Made by a program: the position numbers and the translations under genes. The notes beneath the pieces are model-generated. The model worked only from the letters and a program-made list of their open reading frames with translations. It did not search any database and was not told where the DNA came from. From Paramecium tetraurelia (taxonomy: Eukaryota), in the NCBI GenBank assembly GCA_000165425.1, contig CT868030.1, forward strand, positions 186,001 to 250,000: a stretch of 64,000 bases of DNA, given 5' to 3'. Positions 26,201 through 39,600 of the stretch are shown here, in pieces. The stretch's first letter is position 1, and each line of letters begins with the position of its first letter.

Positions 26201-28656
26201 GTTGTCATTAGAAATTATATAATCAGGAACGCATTCAGTAAATTACTCATTACATTAGTTACATTAACCAAAATTGTTAATATAATATCCCTTTTAGCAC
26301 TAAGTACAAAAAAGTTTTTTTCTAATTGATTAAACGCATTTGATACATGATTTAATATAATCTGTGCAATCAGCTAACTCATACCCTTAAGTGAAATCTT
26401 TAGTTAATGTTGTTAAACAAATTCTATTACCTTTATCATTTAAAAAGTAATCTGAACACTAATCTTAAGTACTTTGTTTTAATTCGCATTTCATTGATTA
26501 AAAATTAAAGATGAAGTTTTCCTCACATAAAGCGCATCCTATTAAGAAATCTTCATTAAGGATTTCTAAAGGAGATGAAATTTAATTGCTATAGAAAGCT
26601 TGGCTAACTAAAGAGGATATTATTATTTCATCTGCATTCAGATATTAGAAGCAGTACTTGCAATTAGGGATTGTACATTCTTAACAACTTTATCTATTTA
26701 ATAATAAGATATCTTTCTTATTTACACATTAAACACACAATTTGATATTTTCATCACAGAGTAAACATTTAGAGCCACAATTGTTTTGCTATTAGATTTC
26801 AATCACTTTTCTTGGTTAACAAATTTGATTTACTTCATCATACCCATATAGACAATACACATAGGCTTATGACCCTAAGTGATTTACGTTAAGTTTATGA
26901 CAATTTTCAAGATTTATTTGAGGATCACAAAAGGCAGAACAGTAATAACATACTTGTAATTCTCCATCACCATAAGTATATAAATTATTTTGGATTAAAT
27001 CAAGTATATCTAAATTTGCTTATATTTGAATATCTGCCCATTCCTTATTAATAATCTCATATTGAATGCATGTACTATTATATATCCAAGTTTTCCAATT
27101 CAATAAGCATTCAATACATATAATATAGCCACTTTACGACTAAGATGGACTAATAATATTAAAGAATGTTACCATCTAATGCATTCTCCGTCATACAAAA
27201 AGTATCCGAAAGCACAAATGACTTATGGATCTATTCTATCGTAACCTTAGATTTCTGAAGTTTACTTATATATAACCTAAACCTAAGGATCCTAGAGCAA
27301 ATCATAACATTAAGTTAAGTTTTATTCCTAAGTCCAAGGCTTACAAAGACAAGTTAATTCATTTTCATCGTATACTCGATTTGAATTTTCATCACACGAA
27401 AGGCAATTATTGTAAAATGGACCATTGCATGTAAAGCATGAGAAATGACAAGGTTTGAAAATGTTAAAATCTTACAAACAAGAATTGAAAATTAAGGATG
27501 CAATTTAACCTTTGATTTCTAAGTTTGAATCTGATTTTGCATTTATAGTTATTTAACCCATAGTTTATGAAAATTATCTGACTTCTTGTATTTCAATAAT
27601 TACGTTCTTATTTAAAACTGGAAAATAAATTTCTAAGCTAAGCATTTCCTTCTAATATTATATTCTAATAAAATGCCAACTATAGATAAAAGTTGGATCA
27701 ACGTGAGTTATTTCTGCTTATTAAATTAATGATTATATGTAGTCGACATTATAATAGTTATATGGAATTTTATAGGAATAATATTTACAATAGATCAAGA
27801 GATCTGAATCACTTTAAAAGTGATAATATATCTACATAGTATTCCTTCCCAAAGAGAATTATTGGTCAATTTCATTTTATGTATCAATAACTAACACTTA
27901 AATCAAGTTGTCAGGATTTATTTAAGTTTCTAATTTATTCCAAAATTATATTTAATATTCCTTATATATCACAACAGGAATGTTAAAGGTATTCAAGTTA
28001 GTAGATACATAATCCTAATATTGTATTGATAAATCTTTCCGTGATTCATAACACTTTCTTGAATATAGATAATCTATTCCTGTTAAATAAGTCTCATTGA
28101 GAACCAAAAACATTATTCCTTGAAATCCCATTAAATCTAATTCATTTTTTCTTCCACCAAATATAAATTTGACGTTAGATTTTTATAAAAAAATATTGTC
28201 AATCTAAACTGTATTCATTTTATCTAAAGTGTAAACCTTTAGTTTAAGTTATAATAGTTCTTCAGAATAAGTAAATATTGTTCCTACTTCTAATCCTTCA
28301 TATTATAAATAATCTTATTCAAATTCGTATACTGTCATTGTACCAGTAAATGTCGACAATATTTTTATCACATGATAAATTTTATCTACATCAGCATCTA
28401 TGGTTTAGTATGCAATTAATGTATACTATTCAAAGAAGGCTGAAAATAGATGGACTTATTATTATGCCATATCAAAGGTTTAGGCTAGATTTATCATCTA
28501 GTTTAAGGGTGTATAGTATGTAAATACACCATACATATTATTATCCTCAATATCTACAATGCTTTAATGAAAGGGATATTAGGATGATAAAAGTTAAACG
28601 GTACAATTGACGATTTGAAATAAGCAAGTTATGATTAGAAAAACTCCTTTAAACAT
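20299..28656 (-). CDS. Giant surface protein: signal peptide, lectin/LamG-like region, furin-like Cys repeats, Pmp-like beta-helix, Cys-rich juxtamembrane domain, multi-TM C-terminus
   Basis: MFKGVFLIITCLFQIVNC; CHFSCFTCNGP; many CxxC; GGAIYI and GGGIF repeats; CLGGWKFGDETCLEGTLGALCQECD; GYLFNEY..YFWE; TGA 20299-20301. Spot-checked, not fully translated. Confidence 0.88.
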
Positions 28657-28878
28657 TTATCAATGAAGAATTTAATAAATAATTGCAACGATTACTCGGT
28701 AAACGCTATTTAAAACTTAGAGAAGTAAATGATTATGGAAAAATTCATCCTTGGATTAATATACTAATTGAATTTATTAATATTCTCGATTTCAAATAGT
28801 AACAATCAGCTATTAAATTCATCTAATCATCTGCTTAAATAATCAATATATATCAATTAATAATTAATTATTCTTTTA

Positions 28879-30296
28879 ATGGTGCTAGAAGCCCAATTAT
28901 TAATTAAGAATAGATCATCGAATATTGTCATTCCTCCTCCCAATATCAAAAGTATAAGAATGTATCTATTATTAGAATATGCTGATAAGACTGCAGAATA
29001 TGTGGCAAAAAATGGAGCAACATTTGAAGATCTTGTAATGTAAAAAGAGCTGAGTAATCCCAATTTTTGTTTCTTGAGAAGAGATGACCCTTACAGACCA
29101 TATTATGAAAATAAAATTACAGAATTCGCTAGAGGATTGGTGGGTAAGACTTCAATTCTAATTATTATAGCACCAATTTAGGAAGAAGAAGATTAGAAAA
29201 CAAAGCCTGTGCCAAAGAATGAACAACCTAAGAAAGTCGTAAAGGCTCCTCCTAATGATTAATATACTGTAGAATAACCAAGGAATTTGTCAGCTTTAGA
29301 TTTAGATATTATTAAGCATACAGCCATTTTCATTGCTAAGAATGGTAAGAAATTTTTGGTTGCCTTGACAGAAAGAGAAAAAATGAATCCTTAGTATGAT
29401 TTTTTAAAGCCTACTCATGATTTATTTCAATTCTTTTCAAATTTGGTGGATGCTTATACTAAATGCTTACAACCAAAAAAGGAAGAAATCGATAGATTGT
29501 TGACATATGTGTAGGATAGACAGGTAATATATTAAAGATGTCAAGAAAAATTTGAGTACGAGATTTATTTGAAAGAAGAAAAAGATAGAAAGCAATAACA
29601 GGATGAGGATGAGAAATGTAATACTTTTTATAATTATATGCTAGAATAAATGGCAATGATTGATTGGAATGACTTTACAATTTGTGAAACTATCGACTTC
29701 GCAGAGGATGATAGAATAGACAAGGTTTATGAGAAGGGAATCTAAAGATTTGATAAAATGGACTTCAAAGGTGCTGATTAAGCATAATTTTGTAATATGG
29801 TTGTCTATTTTTAGAGTAATAGCAAAACCTAGTATAGACAGGACAAGTTGTATCTAGAATCATTAATAATCCATAACAACCAAAAGAAAAATAAATCATA
29901 ACTTTAAATTCAACTTTATAAAAGGCAGGTCAATAAGGGGATAGCAGTGCCCCCATAATTTAAAATTATCAAAGACCCACTACTTAAAATGAATTAGTCC
30001 TAATAAAATGTGAAATTTGCGGAAAGAATTTTCCAAAGAATTAAATCAATGAACATATTCAATTAGAATTATAAGACCCTCGTTATAGTGAGATAAAGAA
30101 GGAAATAAATGAGAGAAGCAAAACAACAACCTTATAACCAGGTAATATGATTGCTGAACATTTGTCATAACTAAAAAAGAAGAGACCAGACATTTTTGAG
30201 GAAGATCATAGAAAGCCACCACCACCTCCACCTCCTTAATAAAGACCATAGCCTCCAAGACCAGCTCCTCCTCCCCCACCTCCTCCTCCAAAATGA
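28879..30296 (+). CDS. SF3A1: Splicing factor 3A subunit 1 (SAP114/Prp21)
   Basis: SURP1 IPPP..ADKTAEYVAKNG..FLRRDDPYRPYY, SURP2 DIIKHTAIFIAKNG, MIDWNDF, CEICG..EHIQLEL, KKRPDIF, Pro-rich end. Confidence 0.95.
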
Positions 30297-30331
30297 AATT
30301 ATTAATAATTTTTACATGATAAAATAATTGC

Positions 30332-31522
30332 TCAATCAAACAAGTTTCTATTGTATTCGTTTGTATCGAAAAATAACTACCCACATTCTGAGTCAATTTA
30401 AATTCTTAATTGATTTTTGACGACTAAACAGAGATTAATTTTCTTGGTCTTTGAATAAACTGGACTTTAGTATGATAAACTGGTATAAAAGTTGGATCTC
30501 TCAGTCAATTCTTCAAATAGAAATCCAACACCATCATGAATAAGTTTGACAGATATTTCTTTTTACAACTTTAAAACTTTATTAAGTAAAATTGATCCCT
30601 TAAGATCAAAAATGATGATTGGTTCATGTTTAATATTCTACTCCTAAGGTTATAAAATGATATAATTTTCTGCATTTTTAATCAATAAGGTATTATCATA
30701 CTAATTTATCAGGTTTTTGGTTATGAAATTATCATTTAAAGCTTTATTTTCTTTGTTGAAAATGTCTACTACTTTTATTTTATAAGTAGGACTCAAGATG
30801 ATTTCCATCTCCTTTGATAAATAGAATTCTTATTGTTTCTCGTTTTAATTGATTTTAAATAAGGGTGAATATTGAATAATTGGATCTAAAGGTTCTAAAG
30901 TTATTATATTTTGTTGTTGATCAACAGTGATTGTTAAGTAATTTTTCAAGATTTTTAAATATTCAAATTAATTTAACTCTGGGATCTTCTTCAGCAATTT
31001 CTGTGTACTTAACGAATGAATGAATATTTCTTCATCGCAAATATCTTTGAATATTAATGTAATGCAAGCAACATAATCGATATCATTGTCTAATAGGAAT
31101 GAGCTTGCAGTAAAATTAACGGGAATTTTGCTATGAGCTACATCTTGACTATTGATAAAGCCAGTGGCTGATATGTCTTGACTCTCTAGATTTTTGAAGT
31201 ATTATGGTAATTGGGTAAATTTTTTAGCAAATATATTTTACAATTTTGATTTTTGCGATTGTCTAATCAGCTTAAAAAAGCCTTATTCCACCAAATTATC
31301 TTGATTACTCACAAATTAAGCAAACTTATCTAAATATTTTGTTATAAACTCTCGATTTTATTAATTTAATAGAATTTTGCTCTATGCTTGAGGAATTGAT
31401 GCATAAATTTATTCTTTTCTTTCATTTAATTTCGATATTAATGATTTATTCCGTGATATAGCTATCTATTAATAAATCAAATCTATGATATCTTTAATTT
31501 CTTTATAGAAATCCGAATCCAT
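30332..31522 (-). CDS. Hypothetical protein
   Basis: MDSDFYKEIKDIIDL.. open in code 6; ends ..NEYNRNLFD*. Confidence 0.7.
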
Positions 31523-31599
31523 ATTTTAAAATAATATTTTATTGCTTAATAGGATTTTATAATTTATAGCGTCGAAATATTGCAATAAATTAGTTCAAA

Positions 31600-31862
31600 A
31601 CTACAAAACCAAGAATCCTCTATAGAATTTCAAGTAATTTAAATAAAGACTAGACCTAAATCCATTAAAATCATAGTGATGTGATTATAAGAATAAAAAT
31701 GACATACAAAATAAAATATCAAATATTTATATGGTAGTATTCTATGATCAGTATTTTTGGTTACTATGTTTTGTATTAGAAAGGCTTTTTAGCAGATTAT
31801 CTAACTAAATTAGGATCAAAAGGTTTCTTAGGTGTTGAGGGCCTGACAAGTCTTGAATTCAT
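31600..31862 (-). CDS. Possible small protein (MNSRLVRPSTPKKPFDPNLVRQ..); 3' structure uncertain
   Basis: ATG 31862, basic N-terminus, candidate 23-nt intron, hydrophobic downstream segment. Confidence 0.4.
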
Positions 31863-31891
31863 AAATCGTTAAAAAAATATTTAAAATAAAA

Positions 31892-34466
31892 ATGGAAAGT
31901 GTGAATTTTGCAGGAGATAATCCTCAGCCTCGCTTTGGTCACACCATTTGTGCCATAGCTCCTAATAAGATAGCATTATTTGGAGGTATATTTTGAGTAA
32001 AGATTTAAAAGGCGCTGTTGGTGATACTGGAAGGTATGTAATAACAGGAGATGTGTATATTGGAGATATAATTTAAAAAAAATGGAAGCGAGTTGAAGCT
32101 AGTGGAAATGTACCAACTAATAGAGCAGCTCATTAAGCATCAGCTATTGAATTAAATCAAATGATTATATTCGGAGGAGCAGTAGGAGGTGGTGGTTTAG
32201 CAGATGATAACTTATATGTATTTGAATTAAGAGAAGACACTGGAACTTGGGTTACAGTTCCTGTGATTGGAACGACACCAGGAAGAAGATATGGTCATAC
32301 TATGGTGCTTATTAAGCCATATTTGATAGTGTTTGGTGGAAACACAGGACAAGAACCTGTTAATGATGTTTGGAGTTTTAATTTAGAGAAATCACCTTAT
32401 TCATGGCAAAAATTAGAGTGCTCATCTGAATAACCTGTTGTAAGAGTTTATCATTCTGCTGGATTGTGTTCAACAGGTTCTGCCAATGGGATGATGGTCG
32501 CATTTGGAGGTCGCACAAGTGATCAAAGTGCTTTAAATGATACTTGGGGCTTAAGAAGACATCGTGATGGAAGGTGGGATTGGGTGAGAGCTCCTTATAG
32601 ATCATAAACAGATTAGCCGGCTTAACGATATTAACACTCAACTTTATTTTTAGGAACATTAATGTTAGTGATTGGAGGCAGGTCTAATAATGTGGGAGAG
32701 ACTTTGCCTTTTGAAATCTATGATACTGAAACATCTGATTGGTATAAATTTTAACCAATTCAGAGATTCAGACACTCTTCATGGTTGGTGGAACAATTTT
32801 TATATCTTCATGGAGGGTTTGATTCCGATCAACCAAACATTCCAACTGAGGGCATTCTAAGAATTGATTTAAATAAGAGATTCGCTTAAACTCCTCAATT
32901 ACTAAAACAAATGAACACCATAAAATCTGATTAATCATTCACTTAATCTTTTAATCCTAAACCTTCTCATCCTTTGGCTTAAACCTAAGATTAATTTAAA
33001 AAAACAAATTAATAAGCTTCAACTCAATAAAAAAGTAATAGTTCCTTCATATTTAGATTAAAATCCTTATCAACAAGTGAGAGTTTCAAGTGCGGCTAAT
33101 AAAAACATTAGATTGGCTAATTAAGCTTTGGTAGCTATGACTTATGGTCCAGAAGAAGATATAACTAATCAAGTCAAGAAAGTACCAATAGATAAATTAT
33201 AAGACGAACATAAAAAATTAGGACCAGGATTTCATGATCCAAATTCTTAAAATAAATCATAAATTTTAGATTAGTTATATTAACCATTTATGTAGAATCT
33301 ATTAATACCCAAAGATTATTCATAGATCCCTCCAAACTCTAATTTATTAACAGGTATTAAAAAGGAAATGATAATTAAATTATGTGATGAAGTTTAAAGA
33401 ATTCTAGAAAAAGAGCCTAACTTATTGAGGTTGAGAAGACCAATCAAAATTTATGGGAATTTGAATGGTTAATATCTTGATCTAATGAGATTTTTTGATC
33501 ACTTCAAAGCTCCATATGATAATCTATACAATGGAGACATCGATTCTTAAGACTACTTATTTTTGGGGGATTATGTAGACAGAGGTTCAAGATCTCTGGA
33601 AATCATTTTACTTTTGTTTACATTAAAAATTAAATATTCTGATCAAATTCATTTACTTCGAGGACATCACGAGGATCCTAAAATAAATAAAATTTTTGGT
33701 TTTGCTGATGAATGTTTTATAAAATTTGGTGAAGATATCACGGATCCAAATAGCATTTACTAAAGAATAAATAGAGTGTTTTAATATCTACCATTAGCTG
33801 CAGTTATCGAAGAAAAAATCTTTTGTGTGCATGGTGGTATTGGCTAAACTATGAGAACTATCGATGAGATTGAATTGATATAAAAGCCGTTGGAAATAGT
33901 TCATGATCCTAAGACTGTACTTTATCATCTCTATTTAAGTATTAATAAAAAATAGCATTGGAACTTCTCTGGTCTGATCCATGTTTATAAGAAGATGAAT
34001 TAGAGAATACACCCAATCCAGAAAGGGATATATTTTAAAATAAATAGATTTCCAGATTTGGAACAAATAGAATTAATAAATTTCTATAAGAGAATTCTCT
34101 AAATATGATCATACGATCACATGAACCAACTATGGAAGGATTTGAAAGTTAGAATAATAATGTAATCACCATATTCTCATGTCCCAATTATGGAGGCAAT
34201 CAACCTTAATGTAAAGGATGTAAGATATTTTTAATATCTGCAAAGCAATTTTGACGATTTCGAAAAGAGGTGAAATTATACCTAAAGTAATATTACCTGC
34301 TGCTCCGGTTTAAGAATAAAGATGGATGGATTTGGAGGAACCAATCTCAAGAAAGAAAGGATTTGCCAATTACCTAGTTATATCTCATGAAGAAGCTTAA
34401 TTGAGAAAACGACCACCAACTCCACCTAGATAGAAAAGACCTTCGTCATAAAAATAATTCAAATGA
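31892..34466 (+). CDS. Kelch-domain PPP Ser/Thr phosphatase (PPKL/BSU1-like) with degenerate metal-binding motifs
   Basis: PQPRFGHT kelch repeats, [50 protein letters not shown] tail. Four introns. Confidence 0.95.
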
Positions 34467-34601
34467 TTTATATTTGTAAAATTTTGATATATTCATATTA
34501 TACCATATTACTTTTTGCAACTATCTTTAGATTATAATCTAATACATTTAAATCAATAAAAGCATATAGAAATATTTTATATTAGGTTTGATTAATAATA
34601 T

Positions 34602-36472
34602 TCAATTGTAAAAGAAATCTTTATATGACCTTAGCTATTCGTCCTCTTAAGCTAAGGATAAAAATTTAACTTTAGTTGGCTTATTCTCTGGAATCAATTG
34701 CTATTTAATTTCTTTCATCTTCTCCTCTAATATTAAATATCAAAATTACGCTTTCTTCTTTCAAAATCTTCTTCAAATTTTCTTAGAGAATCTTCTGAAG
34801 CTTCATAAACAACTTTAGTTGAATGAGATTGACCCGTAAGTTGAATTAATTGTATCTATTCCATAGTTTCTTTGTTATTAGACTCAATTTTATTAACTTA
34901 TTCTTATTATTTCTTTTTCTAAACCTTCTGTGTGTAAGTATCCTCTGAAAAACTCTACATATATCCATCAAGCTTTTATGTGAACTTCTTCTCCTTTTAT
35001 TTCACCTCAATGATTTCTTCAATTTTTGGTATTTCATCTATTAAAGGACTTTAGTATCCAATAGGTTTAGTAACCTCTAGAATTTCCTATTGATTATTCT
35101 CAGCCTTAACTTCATTCAATTCTTAGGATAATTACTTTTCGCTTTCAATTTGTGGAAGTATTACTTCTAATACTTTTTCTTTAGCAGTGTCTACTAATTT
35201 TAATGCTTTTTTTAAAGATTTTACATGAGATTCCTTTTATTGTAATTGCATATCAATTTCTTCATTATTTAAAATTTGAGTCTCTGTATTCTTAACATTA
35301 TCATTCGACTTAATTTCTTAATCTAATGCTGGTTTATTTTTCTTCTAAATTTCATCTTTCTTAACTTGCTTTTGTTTTTATTCCTTTTAATTACTTGAAT
35401 TCTTTTTAATTAGTTCTTTAATTGTTTATTATTAAATTTAAGGTTTCTTTTTTAAAGCATCTTGAAGTAAAGTTAATTATAATTCAAAATCAACTGAAGA
35501 TTATTATTATTTCTTGTCTTTTGAACTCCAGAAATATTCATCATCCTCTTCTTCCTCACCTAAATCATCTGAAATTGATTCCTCTATAATATTGTCATTA
35601 AGCTTTTATTAACATTCTTCTAGATCTTCTACATTTTATGGTTCTAATTCTTCTGAAATTTAAATAGATTGCTCAGTCTCTTCCTCTTTTGTATTTGAAT
35701 TTTGATCAAAAAATGTTTTCTATAAATGAATATAATTGTTACCAAATCTGTCAATGATTCTTCAATTTTCTACTTTGCTTGTCCACTACTTTATTAAACC
35801 TCAATAAATAATATTTTATAAATACTTGGTGTAAATGATAATGACCTAGTTTAACCTTAACTGCTGACTCTTCCACTAAATTTTGGAGTATCAACATTTG
35901 CATCAAATTAGAGATTGCTTCCAACAATCAAACAAATGCCTATAGCTGTTTGTTATACATCATTTGTATTGATTGATAAATTGGCTTATGTATTACTATT
36001 CTCATTTATTGAAATATTAACAAATCCATTATGATGATAACCTACAAGGAAGGCTATAGCATTTGGCTTAGTTTAAAATTATGGATATTTGAATATTGCT
36101 TGTTGAGTTGCTCTGTAATTTGAACAGTTTATATAAACATCGTCGTCTGTAGTTGCTAAATATCTGTAAGTTGCATTCAAAGAGACAGCACTAAAAAATT
36201 GGATAATGAAATCATGCTAGGTAACATTTTTCACCTTTGCAAATAGAGCTGTTGTGGATGTATGTTCTACTAAGGCTATGGCTACTTAAGGAGGTTTTGC
36301 GAATGGAGTATCAAATCGAACTAGCTAGGATTTAATAAGAAAATACTTGATTATAAATTTGAGATCCTTTTGCCTCCTCAAATTAAATAACTCCTATTTC
36401 TAACTCACTTGTTGCATTTGCATTTATAGAATTGCAAATGAAAATAAGTGTTATTATGATGAACTTTTTCAT
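34602..36472 (-). CDS. Secreted H-type-lectin-domain protein with acidic/Q-rich C-terminal region
   Basis: Signal peptide MKKFIIITLIFICNSINA. VRFDTPFAKPPQVAIAL..KNVTQHDFIIQF..YRYLA is H-lectin-like, and a second degenerate repeat follows. Low-complexity tail. Confidence 0.75.
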
Positions 36473-36699
36473 ATAATTAAAATAAAAACGAATTTATTAA
36501 ATAATATATTTTTATTAATTTTGTTCAATTCAACGAGCATACTTGACTGAACTCTCTCTTATCTGTATAATCCAAGTTAAGTGATAGATATCAAGACTTT
36601 AAATGCAACATTTTAAAATTTTGGATGACATCTAAAAAAGGATTTTATTTCACTTTATATATGATAAAAATAAACACTACTTATTGATTCTTAAATATA

Positions 36700-39600
36700 A
36701 TGAAAATCAGCAGATTATTTTTTCTTATTAAACTATTTTCGCTATGTTGCTGCGAGATTGAAGAATTAACCTATCAAAACCCCATGATAACAAAATATAT
36801 TGATATCCTATCTAACTCGTATTATGGAATTGTGAGCTTTTATGTGCCATTGTCATTATAAGCAAATTTTATTAATAGCTTAGCTCAATCAGTAGATAGG
36901 TCATTCCTATTTTCCGCCTATTTCAATAACGATGTCTCCATTGTTGCATATTGCAAACTCAATATCTAAGCCAATGAAATAACTCATACATTAATATTAG
37001 TTTAATAACAAGCCATATAAGAGCAAGAGTTTTCAGTTTCATTTGACCCTTTGCTATTTGAAGGCTAACTCATTTGTACCTCATTTTGCTATGATGCTGA
37101 GCAATAAAATCTTCAATTTATAATTTAAACTAAAAATGATATCTAATATATGAATTTGAATAAAATTAATTTGGAACAGAACAATGTTAAGTTTGTATTT
37201 GGTGGCAGTAACTAAAATTTAGAATTAAGCAGTTTTTAAGGGTAGTTATATGGATTTTGGGAAGACACTGAAGCAAATATTTATTTTTATTTGAATTACT
37301 TGTTTGGTGTTGATTCCTGTTCTTATGCTGAAGAGAAAGCTGAATTTGATTCAAAGGAATATGATTAGGATAATACTTGGCAATTTACATTACCATTTAT
37401 TGTCTACAAGGATTATTCCATGTACTTCTGGCATAGATTTGCAACACCCTTAGATTCTAATGATATCGTATCTCTAATCCACATCAGCACTTAATTTTAA
37501 CTTAATCCTTAATATTCGTTAGGGACCAATACTCTAATGATTAATTACGAATTGAAACATAATAATTAGATTTTGGTTACTGTTCATTATTATTCGTATC
37601 AATATCCGTATATACTTTACGATCCAGATTATATTGAATCATTAATCAAAGTATAATAAATTGAAGAGATAGATTCTTATCTAATTTATTAATGGCATTA
37701 TACAATTATCCAATATTAATTTAATGAGTTATTTATACAAATATTCTATCCAGACTAACAGAGAAGAATTAATTTTAAAGATGAAACTGTAAGACAATTT
37801 TCGTATTCCTAATTTTCTTTGATTTTTGGAGACAGCATGAATTAAAAATAATATGCTGGACAAGTGAATCAGTTCAAATTTAAAAATTGCCAGGAAGAAT
37901 TCATCGACACATATCAATGCCATTTTTCATGTGCTACTTGCAATGGACCTTTGAAGAACAGTTGTTTAAGTTGTCAAGAAAACTCATACAGGAACTATGA
38001 TCCTGATAATCATACTTGCACTTGTTAAATTTGGACTATAGAGTAAAATTCTACAAAATGTTTCTCCATTTCTGATATTAATTAAATGGAAGTATCATAC
38101 ATTGAAGATTCTAATAACGACAAATTTGATTAAATTGAACCTAATATTGTTTGTTCATACGGATATTTCTTATTTGAAGGTGATTGTTATTAATGGTAAA
38201 TTTATTTATTATATAGACGAGTCCATCAGCTTCTCAAAAAGGAGATTTGATTTGTCTTGAATGCCTGGACAATTGGCAAAATTGGATTTAAAATTCTATT
38301 TGTTCAGAGTATGTACTCAGCAAAATATAATATGATTATGATAAGGAGGAATATAACTATGATGTTGATTATATTTCTATCAACTCATTATATCTATTTA
38401 TCGATCATGAACTAAGAATGTGCAACTTTTGCATTTAATTTTGTCTGCATACTTCTGTATCTTATATGTGCAATTTTATTAAAGAACAGCATTTAGGTAA
38501 AGACACCTATGTAGAATGTAAATTTGGGTATGATAGTTAGACCTAATCCTGTAAACTTCCTTAATTCGATTTAAAAAATGAACGTTGCTTAGGATAGTCT
38601 TGTAATGGCTAGTGTAAATGTTGTAGTCCTACTAATCGTTGTAAAGAGTGCATTAATGATAACGATGTTTTACTTTTAAATAACAAAGATTGTGTTTAAT
38701 GCTCTATTCAGAATTGTAAACTTTGCTTTCAATATTTTTAATAATCTGATGGGATATTTGTTTCAACTCTTACATATACCAATTATGAAGAAATCATTAC
38801 TAATGAGGATTATCTAATCGGATGTGCTTTATGTGAGGACAATTACATTTACAATTTTTTTTTGAATGTTTGTTAATTGAAATTGCAAATTTCTCAATCT
38901 TGTGAGAATTATCTAATTGATTAAAATAATTAACCAGTTTGTTTGACAACATTAACATAGAATTTTGATGAAGGAATTGAAATTTCAGATTGTTTTAAAT
39001 ATTTGAAATCCTGTTAAAATTGTGTTAAAACAAACACCAATAAACTGTATTGTACTACATGTTTCAAGGGCTTCTTTTAGAATTCTTATGGATATTGCGA
39101 GTCTTGCGATGAGAATTTCCGGGAATGTAAATTGACATACTAGAATCAATATGATATAACGATCCAATAATTATAACCTTTGCTTTTAGCTATCTCTAAA
39201 GGCTAAGTACTCTTTTATCCACCTTATTATGTCTATGAAGTTCAAATAGGTATGTGTTATTAAAGTGACAAATGGTCGAAAAAATGCAAAGAAGATAAGA
39301 TTATTACTTATTGCAGCAAATATTATGATAATGTTTGTATAAAATGTAATTCAGATGATACATAAACCACGACTCTAAGTTCTGGGATATGTTATTTATG
39401 TCCTTATTAATGCAAAATATGTCTTCCTTCTTTATTAGATAGCACACAATTAAAGTGTTTCTTAACCGACTTTTCAACTCATTATATTGATTAACTTTCA
39501 GGTAAAGTGAAAATCAAAAGAGATAATTAAGTTAGATATTCAAACTAATTGACTGTTCAAGATCTATCTTGGAAAGATCAATATTCAGATGTTTTCAAAT

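Noticed and set aside
20299..28656. Mating-type (mtA-like) or surface antigen gene
   Set aside because: It shares only generic furin-like Cys repeats and TM segments. Its size and beta-helix architecture differ, and it has a multi-TM rather than GPI-type end.
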